Positions 29,027 to 38,361 of a DNA stretch of 64,000 nt are shown here, piece by piece. How positions within the stretch are numbered: the stretch's first letter is position 1; every line of letters begins with the position of its first letter. The position numbers were made by a program, and so were the translations under genes. This DNA comes from Pseudomonadota bacterium (GTDB lineage: Bacteria > Pseudomonadota > Alphaproteobacteria > Paracaedibacterales > CAIOTO01). Where the stretch lies: the NCBI GenBank assembly GCA_040387495.1, contig JAZKDQ010000018.1, positions 1-64,000 on the forward strand, written 5' to 3'. Under the pieces are notes generated by a model, which searched no databases, was not told where the DNA came from, and worked only from the letters and a program-made list of their open reading frames with translations.

Positions 29027-29758
29027 GTGGCATTGCAGAACTTTCCATCATACAAAAAGAGAGCACTTTCTTTTATAAACCAATAAACCAGCATCAAGAA
29101 GCACACAGCCTACAAGAATTACAAAGGTCTCTTTATGATTATTAAGCCTGATAATCTCTTTCACTATATCATTCGTATTGTTGGGAGAAAACACTTGCCA
29201 AAAAATGCTTCTTACTTTTGTTTTGTTACAAAAATATTAGAAAATCTCGATGATCTTTTGAATATATTAAGGAAAAAGGATTATCAGAAATCAACACAAG
29301 ACGAAACTGATTTAACGGAAGCTCATTGCTTAGGAATAGGAAAATATTTGATCATAGATCATGACGGACACATACATTCCTATTATAAGCTCGATGTTCG
29401 TTCAATCATTAGTGACGTTCAGGAACAGTTTAATTTAAAAAATGAAGGAGGCTATATTGTAAGCGTTAAAAACCCTCATCAGCCTTCTCCTGCTGGGGTG
29501 GGGTTATCCTCAACTCAAAAATACAGCTATCCTTCTTTGTTGCAAGAGAAAGTAGGCGATTGTCGGTTTTTGCCTCTTAATCCTCCTGATTTTATAAATT
29601 ATGAGGGAGCAGAACTGCCACTTATAAGTCAGAAGATGTCTGATATAGTAGGAAAAGAGCCGAAAATTTGCAAATGCATAAAAGCAATAGCTAATGACGA
29701 TTTGGCAAGATATTTGAAAGAGGTAGATGGTGCCATCACCTTTGTTGACGTTTTGTGA
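29027..29758 (+). pseudogene. Conserved hypothetical gene with frameshifted 5' part
   Basis: GAGGAG RBS + GTG; FYKPINQHQEAHSLQELQR lies in a different frame from ORF 29135-29758 (VGRKHLP, SVKNP, FINYEGAE). Confidence 0.6.
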
Positions 29759-30029
29759 AATAGCAAATTGTAGGGTGTAAATGAATGCCATGAGGAGCGA
29801 GGGGATTAAGTTTAATATCATGCCTTAGAATGCTTTCGCACGACGAATCACGCCGTTGTTATTAAAACGGATGAAGAATGTTGTATTAAATAGGGAAATG
29901 GGAGGAAGACATCCACATTGATGCCTAAAAACCTATATAAACTAACGGTTTTAAGAGTGCGCGAAAAATATCATGCCCCCAAATATGCCCCCAGATTTAT
30001 TTTTGTTAGGGTGATGAATTATTTTTTAA

Positions 30030-30269
30030 TTCTCCTTTCAATCCCATTTCGTCTTCAGTAAACATTTTATCAATAAGTCGCGTAAAGCGGTTAGCCCAGC
30101 ATTGCAAGGGTGAATAATGAAATCTGGGCCCATGTATTGTTATCATTTCCTCAAGCTCACCGTAACCTTAAAGAAAAATGACATTTCGCGTACACAAAGA
30201 AAAGAACGATACTTGGCGTTGAACAAAAACCTTCGAAATATGTGAGTAGGTCACTGGAAACTTCAGCAT
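30030..30269 (-). pseudogene. IS6-family transposase 5' remnant, frameshifted and truncated
   Basis: Frames join to YFEGFCSTPSIVLFFVYAKCHFSL/YGELEEMITIHGPRFHYSPLQCWANRFTRLIDK, resembling the IS6 pattern LSYRxLEEM..RG...DHST..RWV. Confidence 0.65.
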
Positions 30270-30345
30270 ATTTCTTTCATTTCGATCAGGAACAATCGAA
30301 GCTTATCTTCCTTCAACACATACAACATGTATCAAATCTAAATAA

Positions 30346-31780
30346 TTACCCAAAAGAAATTGCATTGCCAATGGTTCTATTTCCGAGTGCTTGAAATGAT
30401 GTGCCTGCCCCAACGGTAATCGCGCCGGAGGTAAGCGTAACAAGTGTGTCCGGTGCTGCAAGTTCTAATCCACCGGTTCCACTTGTCGTGATTGGAAAGG
30501 TGGCTTGAATCGTCCCACCCGAAGCCTGGTATTGATTCCCAGTAAGTGTTGTAACAGCAGGTCCATTAATGGTTAATGCAGTAGTGCCGCTGTTATATAT
30601 TATGCCCGATAATGTTGCCGCTTGGGTTCCAGTAATTGTGGCACCACTATTACACGTAATAGTAGATGCAAATGTTGGAGTCGAAGCAGTGTTAAGTGCA
30701 AGTGTTGTGGATGCTGCAAGAGCGATGCTTGGCACCGTGCTAGCAGAGCCAGCAAGAGCTCCAGTGCTTGTAAGTTCGAGTGTGCCACCTGGCCACGTTA
30801 ATTGCAGCATTATTTGTATTCGTGCCGCCAAATTTCACTACCGTACCAGCGGTTCCAGCGGCACCAACAGTTAAAGCAAAGTTACCTGTAATTGCACTAT
30901 TCAACGTCAACGTTTGACTGGCAGCAGGCAAAATACTTGCTGCACCGCTTAATACGATATTAACACCAGGTGGTACTGTCGGGCTTATACCTGTGGCCGT
31001 TGAAAGAATTGTTCCTGCCGCCAAGTTAATACCGGATGCAAGTGTCGTTGGAATAGCATTTGTTCCACCAATACATAAGTTTGTTCCTGTTGTTGAAACA
31101 GTAATACCGCCAGTTAATGGATAAGAACCAGTATTATTAGTGCCTGATAATGTAATAACACCGCCGCCTACAAGCGCTAATGTATTCCCACTGTTTGTTG
31201 CTGGTTGAGAAATTGCCCCTGAAAGTGTTATGGCGTATGGTCCGACGTTCTGAGTTCCGGTGCCATTCCACCCTAAACCAGTAATGGTACCTGTTGCACT
31301 CGAACCAGCACCAATTATAATTGGGTTAGTAAGAGTCACTCCCCCTGAAAGACTTGCTGCAAGCGTTGCCCCACTTTCAATCGTAATGGGAATAGCGGCA
31401 TTGGCTGAACCAAAAGCATTGGCTGCTGTTACATTTAATTGTAGGGTACCACCTTGAATATCAACAGATGATGTCACTGCGTTAGTAGTAAGTGTTGGTG
31501 CGATAATACCAACACCTGTTCCAGTTTTATTTAACTTGGTGGCTGTAATAGCGCCTGTAAGTGTTGTTTCATCCGTGCCTGCAACATTCCATGCAGAAGT
31601 ACCGGCATAACTAGACCCATTAGCCATAATAACCATCGCTGCTATCGCTATAAAATATTTTTTCCAGGATACATTCGAAAAAGATGAAATCAGTGCAGGC
31701 AAGCTTGTACTGCTGATGTTATAGCTTTGAAAGCTGGAAGTGAGAAGAAAACAATTCTTTAAAGTATTTGAAAAACGCAT
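30346..31780 (-). CDS. Barrel-less autotransporter-passenger-like beta-helix protein (~477 aa), split by a 1-nt frameshift near 30791
   Basis: ORFs 30740-31780 and 30346-30831 join as NAAINVA/GGTLELT; long signal peptide ending SSYA; G/T/S/A-rich strand repeats; ends NAISFG. Confidence 0.75.
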
Positions 31781-31860
31781 AATTACACATCTAATAAAAT
31801 TTTATCTAAAATAAGTATAAAATGAAATCTCTTAAAAATTAGTTAATACTCAGGTTTTTT

Positions 31861-33117
31861 TTACCCAAATGTAATTGCCTTCGCAATGGTTTTAAATCCA
31901 GTTGCTTGAAAGGATGCGTTTGCACCAATTGTGATGGCACCAGTACTAAGTGTAACGGCCTGTGGAATAATTAATTTTGTATTTGCACCACTGACAGTTG
32001 TTGTAAAGGCGCCCGATTGTGTACCCGATAGCGTTACGTTTTGACCGCCACTAATCGTTAAGGCGCCTGTTATGCCTGTGAGTGCGCCTGAAAATGTTGT
32101 TGCAGCGGTTGTGTTTATCGTGACTGTATTCCCAGTAAATATAATTGGATTTGCAAATGATGCAGCGACACTGCTTTTAAGCGTGGTGTCTGTGGAAAGA
32201 TTGATGGTTGGATTATTCGTGCTATTTCCCGCGCCTGAACTAGCTAATTCAAGCGTGCCTTGAGATACCGTGATAGTGCCTGTATTGGCGTTTGAACCCG
32301 AAAGCGTTAATGTTCCTGCGCCAGATTTTATAAAATTACCTGCACCAGTTATAACGCCACTTAATGTCATTGCATAACTTTGTGTATCGACAGTGCTATT
32401 TGTAGAGGATGTAAGTGTAATAGCACGACTGAGCGTAAAAGCCCATNNNNNNNNNNNNNNNNNNNNNNNNNNNNNNNNNNNNNNNNNNNNNNNNNNNNNN
32501 NNNNNNNNNNNNNNNNNNNNNNNNNNNNNNNNNNNNNNNNNNNNNNTATTTAAAATGCCAGCACTAACGGTGGTTGTACCTGTGTAGGTATTTGCGCCAG
32601 AAAGAGTAAGTATGCCTGCACCACTTTTTGTCACGGCACCTGTCCCGCTAATTACCCCTGAATAAGGGTATGCATCAAAACGATTAAATATAAGATCACC
32701 ATTATTAGAAATACCATTACTATTGATACTTCCTGTTGTTGATCCTGAGCATATTTGCAAGGTGCCAGCACTAATAGTAGTAACACCTGTATAAGTATTT
32801 GTTCCAGAAAGTGTCAGCATGCTCGAACCAGTTTTTATGACAGTTAAAATGGGTGCTAATATATTAGATGTGATTTCCCAATTTTCCGCTCCTATATTAA
32901 TGGTAAGGGTTGGCGCACCACTACTACTTGTAATATTTCCCACAACAGGAAAATTTCCTCCTGTTATTATTGTATTACTACCGCTTAAGTTAAGATTTGT
33001 ATACGTTGCGTAAGCATGATAGTTAATTAAATATAATATTTTAGCAGAAATTAAAAACGTCTTAATATTGATCATTTTTAATCGATTTGTAAAATATATT
33101 AATGATTTTATATTCAC
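31861..33117 (-). CDS. Barrel-less passenger-like protein(s) with autotransporter-associated beta-strand repeats; spans the assembly gap
   Basis: KSGAGxLTLSGxNTYTGxTTVSAG repeats; signal ending HAYA; ends KAITFG; continuity across the N run is not established. Confidence 0.7.
   Translation of the reverse strand: MNIKSLIYFTNRLKMINIKTFLISAKILYLINYHAYATYTNLNLSGSNTIITGGNFPVVGNITSSSGAPTLTINIGAENWEITSNILAPILTVIKTGSSMLTLSGTNTYTGVTTISAGTLQICSGSTTGSINSNGISNNGDLIFNRFDAYPYSGVISGTGAVTKSGAGILTLSGANTYTGTTTVSAGILNXXXXXXXXXXXXXXXXXXXXXXXXXXXXXXXXXXWAFTLSRAITLTSSTNSTVDTQSYAMTLSGVITGAGNFIKSGAGTLTLSGSNANTGTITVSQGTLELASSGAGNSTNNPTINLSTDTTLKSSVAASFANPIIFTGNTVTINTTAATTFSGALTGITGALTISGGQNVTLSGTQSGAFTTTVSGANTKLIIPQAVTLSTGAITIGANASFQATGFKTIAKAITFG
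32447..32546. other. Scaffold gap (100 N)
   Basis: Run of exactly 100 n characters. Confidence 0.99.
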
Positions 33118-33377
33118 AAATAATATACCTACTTTTGTTTGTAAATATTATTATTCATTAAATATGTTTATATTTTATTAATATGTATATATTTTATATA
33201 TTTATTATTTACATTAGGTGCGATACTCAGAACGACTGTCGTCACCGGAAGTCCGGGCAATGCATATGAAGAAAAAGGTATGTATGTCGTAATTTATGGC
33301 TGTTTTAAACGTATTATCTTGCATATCTGCTGAAACTCTCTAAAATTTTAATAAATAGTTTGTCTGTTTTAACAGAA

Positions 33378-36300
33378 ATGCATTTTGAAAAAAATAAACT
33401 AGATTGTTTTTATATAAGGTTTTATATTCCTACGTTAAGCAGGTTAAGAAAGTCATGCCACGATCTATTTTCTGTTATATATTTTTCTTTTCTCATTTTA
33501 TTAGTATTTACAAATACAGCGCCGGCATCAGTTGAAATCATTGTTGCTGCAGGTGATGCTACCGTTCACAACCAACAACAAGACAATCCAAACAACCCTG
33601 GCGTACCCATTGAAAAAATTGGTTCCGGTGACTTAATTTCCCTTAATTCAATTTATACAGGCACGACAACCGTATCTGAAGGACGTTGGTTTGCCATGGG
33701 TCCTCTTGGTACAGCAGCCAATACAAACATTAATATAGCCAACGAAGCAACCTTAGGGGGAACCGGCCCTATTGCAGGAGCTATTCAAAATAGTGGCACA
33801 ATAGCACCAAGTGCTGGTGGGATAACTGCCGGAAATATATCAATTCCCGTAGGCACCATGACAATAATTAATGGCACAGTGAACCAAACGTCAACGGGTA
33901 GCATTCACGTGAATTGCACACCAATAATTAGTGATAAAGTCAGAATTGTAGGAGCAGCGACTTTTCACCCCAGCAGCGCTATAAACATAACTCCACTACC
34001 AGGATATTATCCATTTACCCCGACGACTTACACGATTATTGATTGGGATTCATACAGCGGCATCCCCACCGTGACATCAACGGATCCAAAGGTACCTGTT
34101 AGTGCAACCACTATGGGGCCATCAGGATTATCTGTAAGCCTAACGGGCACTCCTGAAATGCTTCCCACTTCGGCACCAGGAGCAGGAGGAACGGCAACAG
34201 CAGATGTTACTTCTTTTGCGGCTATAACAGGCAATAGTGCAGTTGTGCCAGCCAACACAACCCTTGCAAACTCAGTAGTAGGTCAGCAAATAATTACTGT
34301 GCCAGTCGCATTTATAGGAACTTCAACCGTATCCACAAGCGCCAATGCCAAAACGATATTTTCACAACCAGTTGTCACCAGCCAAAACGACCAAATCATC
34401 CTAACTGGCGCTGGTATAACTACATTCTCAGCCGATAACAGCGCAACGTTACAATGTGACATCAATGTATCTGGATCGACAGTCCAAATAACAAATGATG
34501 CCAACCTTGGTACTGGACAACTCAATTTAACAAGCGCTAGTGGCACCCCATCTACACTTAATTTAGGTGTAAACTCAGGCGACAGGGTTACGCTAAATAA
34601 CACATTAAATTTGACTGATACTGCACATCCACCATCTGTGGTTGTTCCAGAGGGTGGACAAGCAACATTAACAGGCTTTCTTGTTGGTGACGCACCACTG
34701 AATCTTACTGGAGACGGAATAGTTATCCTAAGTGATACATCAGGCGAGAGTAACAGTTATACGGGCAGCTTAAATGTGCAAGCAGGCACCCTTATCCCGG
34801 CTGGTGACTACAGCGGAGCAGCCGTTTCTATTAGTTCTGGAGCAGCTTTAGGTATAAGTGGCACATCAGGTAGTGTGGGAGCAGTTACTCTAAATGAAGG
34901 TTCGGAAGTACAGGCAACTTCGCCAACCGATGGGTTTTCCGCAGAATCATGGACAAACTCTGGTACAACGTACAACATCCCAGTAAATAATACAGGCGGA
35001 ACGAGTAGAATTACAGTTGTTAATGATGCTACACTAACTAATCCTACCTTTAACATTTTAATGACGGCCGGCACCTATCCACAAGGCGTTATTGACTACA
35101 ATCTACTGCAAGCAGGCGGGACGCTAACAGTCACAGGAACAGTAACGCTAAACTGGGTCAATCCTGCTTTTGGAGACGGCGGGATAAATGAAAAACCAAT
35201 CACCTGCACGATAGGAACATTCACAAAAACAACCAGTGGCGTTCCGACAAATTATTTGGTATTAAAGGCAACATTGACAGATGACGTTACAGTTAGCGCG
35301 CTTCAAACTACTGCTGATTGTAACGATACAATACCGCTTACAACCCCACTTACCACAACAGTCATTGCCTCAACCGACATCGTATCACCTGACAGTGGCC
35401 TCCTCGAAACGGCAACAGCAGCCCCAATTGCAGATCAAGTGGAACTTACCAACCTCGTATTCCAAAACCATCCAGCGTCTGATGACGCTGTCTCATCTGC
35501 CGTAGGTGATGCATTCCGCTTTAAAGGATTCTCATCCAGCAAGACGCCATCCGTATCTGGCAAAAAAGATGCCATAGAAACCTTACTGACTGCACTTTCT
35601 AAAAATGGTCCTGTAGCCTATGAGAAAAATGAAACACGTCTTTGGGTTTCACCGTATGCGAACCGTAGCCGTACGAATCGTACAAACAGTGATTCTGGTA
35701 ACCAAGGCTGGTCAGGCGGTTCATTGGTTGGTGTTGAACAACGTGATAAAAAGAACATCTGGTCACTTGGTCTATTAACAGGTCTTATGGGGTCACGTTC
35801 ACATGTTCTTGGCACACCCGATACATTTTCAAAAACAAATGGTTTCTTAATTGGTGCATTTAACACATACAAATACACACAAGAATGGGGTCATGAAGTT
35901 CTAATCAGTCGCACGAACACCTTTGTTGATGCACAACGCTATGGTCTTGATAGAACAGATAAGCAAACACCGTACTATGCGTTAGCCACCTATAAGTCCA
36001 CAACCGATGTCGGGAACGCACAGATTAATTACTTATTCAATATCATCAAAAAGAAAGTAACCTGTCGTTTAAGCACAGGTATAACTTATCTTGGTACACA
36101 AACAGGAAAAATCACCGAACGTAATGCAGGCGCTAATGCTCTTTCTTCAGCCGCAAGCACCAGCAAATCTTCTGAAATTTACACAGGTATCGGCCTTCGC
36201 CGCATCTGGGACGTTGATAAGATTACCGTTCGTACAACGTTTGTGTATGAATACGGCTATGAATTTATGAAAAAGGGATCTGGCATCACAACAACAACTC

Positions 36301-36497
36301 AGTCGTTAACTCAATCAACGGCACCAACAACCTTTACAACACCTAACGGACCACGTCAGAACAAGCATTATATCCAACTCAATAGCTCGTACCTTGATCG
36401 CGATACAGGCTTGAAATTCATTCTGTCGTATTCGGGTGCTTTGTATAAGAATGTGAGAAATCACACTGGTATGGCTAAGGTTGAGTATCGGTTTTAG
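33378..36497 (+). CDS. Autotransporter (type Va-like) with beta-helix passenger and C-terminal beta-barrel
   Basis: Long signal peptide; EKIGSGDL...YTGTTTVSEG repeat; ~290-aa amphipathic C-terminus starting RLWVSPY and ending KVEYRF. Confidence 0.88.
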   Translation: MHFEKNKLDCFYIRFYIPTLSRLRKSCHDLFSVIYFSFLILLVFTNTAPASVEIIVAAGDATVHNQQQDNPNNPGVPIEKIGSGDLISLNSIYTGTTTVSEGRWFAMGPLGTAANTNINIANEATLGGTGPIAGAIQNSGTIAPSAGGITAGNISIPVGTMTIINGTVNQTSTGSIHVNCTPIISDKVRIVGAATFHPSSAINITPLPGYYPFTPTTYTIIDWDSYSGIPTVTSTDPKVPVSATTMGPSGLSVSLTGTPEMLPTSAPGAGGTATADVTSFAAITGNSAVVPANTTLANSVVGQQIITVPVAFIGTSTVSTSANAKTIFSQPVVTSQNDQIILTGAGITTFSADNSATLQCDINVSGSTVQITNDANLGTGQLNLTSASGTPSTLNLGVNSGDRVTLNNTLNLTDTAHPPSVVVPEGGQATLTGFLVGDAPLNLTGDGIVILSDTSGESNSYTGSLNVQAGTLIPAGDYSGAAVSISSGAALGISGTSGSVGAVTLNEGSEVQATSPTDGFSAESWTNSGTTYNIPVNNTGGTSRITVVNDATLTNPTFNILMTAGTYPQGVIDYNLLQAGGTLTVTGTVTLNWVNPAFGDGGINEKPITCTIGTFTKTTSGVPTNYLVLKATLTDDVTVSALQTTADCNDTIPLTTPLTTTVIASTDIVSPDSGLLETATAAPIADQVELTNLVFQNHPASDDAVSSAVGDAFRFKGFSSSKTPSVSGKKDAIETLLTALSKNGPVAYEKNETRLWVSPYANRSRTNRTNSDSGNQGWSGGSLVGVEQRDKKNIWSLGLLTGLMGSRSHVLGTPDTFSKTNGFLIGAFNTYKYTQEWGHEVLISRTNTFVDAQRYGLDRTDKQTPYYALATYKSTTDVGNAQINYLFNIIKKKVTCRLSTGITYLGTQTGKITERNAGANALSSAASTSKSSEIYTGIGLRRIWDVDKITVRTTFVYEYGYEFMKKGSGITTTTQSLTQSTAPTTFTTPNGPRQNKHYIQLNSSYLDRDTGLKFILSYSGALYKNVRNHTGMAKVEYRF

Positions 36498-36588
36498 AAA
36501 GTTAGAGAAATAAATAATTACTTTGACTATTGTGCTGTTTGAGGAAATTGTTCACTAGCAATCAGTTGGATGGTATTAAACAGGGAAA

Positions 36589-36678
36589 TGGAGGAGAGGA
36601 AGGGATTCGAACCCTCGATACGGTTCCCCGCATACACGCTTTCCAAGCGGGCGCCATCAACCACTCGGCCACCTCTCC
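36589..36678 (-). tRNA. tRNA-Ser(GGA)
   Basis: GGAGAGG/CCTCTCC acceptor stem, TTGGAAA anticodon loop, long variable arm, GGTTCGAATCC, encoded CCA. Confidence 0.95.
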
Positions 36679-36776
36679 AGATCTAGGATAAACACTAATC
36701 GAAAACAGGGGGGAATTCAAGAAAAACGTTTCTTAAACTCATAATATTGATGAGAAGTTGGCTTGCTATTCTAAAT

Positions 36777-37628
36777 TTAGAATCCAAACTTTCCTGTAAA
36801 AAACGTTACGCCGATGAGTATCAATAGAAATGCCACTATGTAATTAATAAAATGAAAGCGATGTATCATTGAGGCAAGTACAAAATAGAGAGATCGAAGC
36901 CCTAAAATAGCAAAAATGTTGCTTGTGTAAATAATATACGTATCATTTGTTATAGCAAATATTGCAGGCAAACTATCCATTGCAAAGACAATATCAATGC
37001 ATTCAATCATGACAAGTGCAACCAACAAGGGTGTGCACCAAATACGCTTTACACCAGACTCCCTTTTTGTGATAAAAAATGAATTCCCGTGGAGCTCTTT
37101 CGTAATACGGAAATGCTTATTCATAAATTTAAGCGCTTTGTTTTTTGAAAGGTCAGGCTTTGTATTTGATGCAAATAACATTCGAACCCCCATAATAACA
37201 AGTAGCACTGCAAAGATATACAGTATCCAACTAAAGGTTGAAACGAGTGTTACGCCCATGCAAATTACAATAGCACGGAGGACAATAACGCCAATAATGC
37301 CCCAAAATAACACGCGATGCTGATACAGGCAAGGGATACCAAAATAATTAAAGAGACAGGCTATGATGATTACGTTATCCAACGCAAGTGTTTTTTCTAA
37401 AGACCATCCGATAAAGAATTGACGCGCAAGATCGGCGCCAAGTTGATGCCAAATCCATCCTCCGAAAAGTAGGGTTACTATGATATAGAGGGTGCTTAAC
37501 AGAATATTTGTTTTAAGGGTTAAATCGCGTGATTTCCAGCGACTTAAGCATAAATCAAGGGCGAGTAACGAGACAACCACAATGCCAAAAACAACCCACA
37601 ACCATAATGGTTTATTCATAATGTCCAT
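36777..37628 (-). CDS. TerC/Alx family membrane protein
   Basis: LEKTLALDN, QHRVLFWGIIG, DIVFAMDSLPAIFAIT, TSNIFAILGLRSLYF. Confidence 0.93.
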   Translation of the reverse strand: MDIMNKPLWLWVVFGIVVVSLLALDLCLSRWKSRDLTLKTNILLSTLYIIVTLLFGGWIWHQLGADLARQFFIGWSLEKTLALDNVIIIACLFNYFGIPCLYQHRVLFWGIIGVIVLRAIVICMGVTLVSTFSWILYIFAVLLVIMGVRMLFASNTKPDLSKNKALKFMNKHFRITKELHGNSFFITKRESGVKRIWCTPLLVALVMIECIDIVFAMDSLPAIFAITNDTYIIYTSNIFAILGLRSLYFVLASMIHRFHFINYIVAFLLILIGVTFFTGKFGF

Positions 37629-37717
37629 TTTTTGATGTATTCTCCTTAATTTCATCTTATAACAAATTACATTAATAATTCATTAATTCATTAATTCATT
37701 GCCAGCCGTGATTCTTC

Positions 37718-37798
37718 GTGTATTCCGCGTGCTTGACACGTGGATCTCGCCTACTTCTTCATACGTTTAGATCCGCGTGTCAAGCACGCGGAATACAC
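37718..37798. repeat. Near-perfect 81-bp palindromic element (30-bp arms), REP/RPE-like
   Basis: GTGTATTCCGCGTGCTTGACACGTGGATCT...AGATCCGCGTGTCAAGCACGCGGAATACAC with one mismatch. Confidence 0.9.
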
Positions 37799-37961
37799 AA
37801 AATGAATGTAGGAAAAGAGAAGTTGTTGTTTGTTATAACCTCACTTTCATACATGATTATCCTGCTATCTTTGTGATTATTTTTTTTCAGCAGTAACCTT
37901 TTATTAACGTTTTCCACCTAATCTTATAGATAATAAAGTTTGATTGTTGGAGTTTTTCATA

Positions 37962-38282
37962 ATGACATTAAAGTTTCGCAAATTACGTGCTTTAAGCATC
38001 CTATCGCTGCAGCTTTTTTGTTTTTGGCTGGCAGTTGGGTATGTGTCATGTTTGTTTATAGTATCAATTCCGGCAACAGCAAGTGATTTTACTCATAATT
38101 TTTCTTTTGCATTACCACACGGGCAATTATTTTTGTATGCTGAAATAACTACGGTAATATCTGTTGCATTGGCTCTGTTGATTTTGCATGTGCAACAAAA
38201 AACGTCTAAAATGAAATTAATACGGCTTTACCGTCCACGTAATTTGAATAATCAAAAAAAGAGCATGATCAGTAAACCGTGA
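37962..38282 (+). CDS. Hypothetical small membrane protein
   Basis: Two hydrophobic segments; promoter-like motif upstream. Confidence 0.45.
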   Translation: MTLKFRKLRALSILSLQLFCFWLAVGYVSCLFIVSIPATASDFTHNFSFALPHGQLFLYAEITTVISVALALLILHVQQKTSKMKLIRLYRPRNLNNQKKSMISKP

Positions 38283-38361
38283 TTTATTCCTTCAAAATTA
38301 GCATTATTGAATCCGTTAAGCTAAACTAACCCCAAGATATTTTTTCTTTGGCTTTCGACTC

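Larger units (their letters stand above)
29883..36595. mobile_element. Degenerate genomic island at the 3' end of tRNA-Ser
   Basis: Imperfect direct repeat GTATTAAAyAGGGAAATGG(G)AGGA at 29883-29906 and 36573-36595; tandem ATGCCCCCA at 29973-29993; no integrase visible. Confidence 0.6.

Noticed and set aside
30346..33117. Silent cassettes for recombinational antigenic variation of the autotransporter
   Set aside because: The genes have their own signal peptides, one has a promoter-like motif, and I saw no shared nucleotide repeats with the autotransporter or a recombinase; the gap leaves some doubt
33218..33290. GC-richer patch in the divergent promoter region, possible riboswitch or IS end
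   Set aside because: No recognisable riboswitch consensus, strong hairpin or partner repeat
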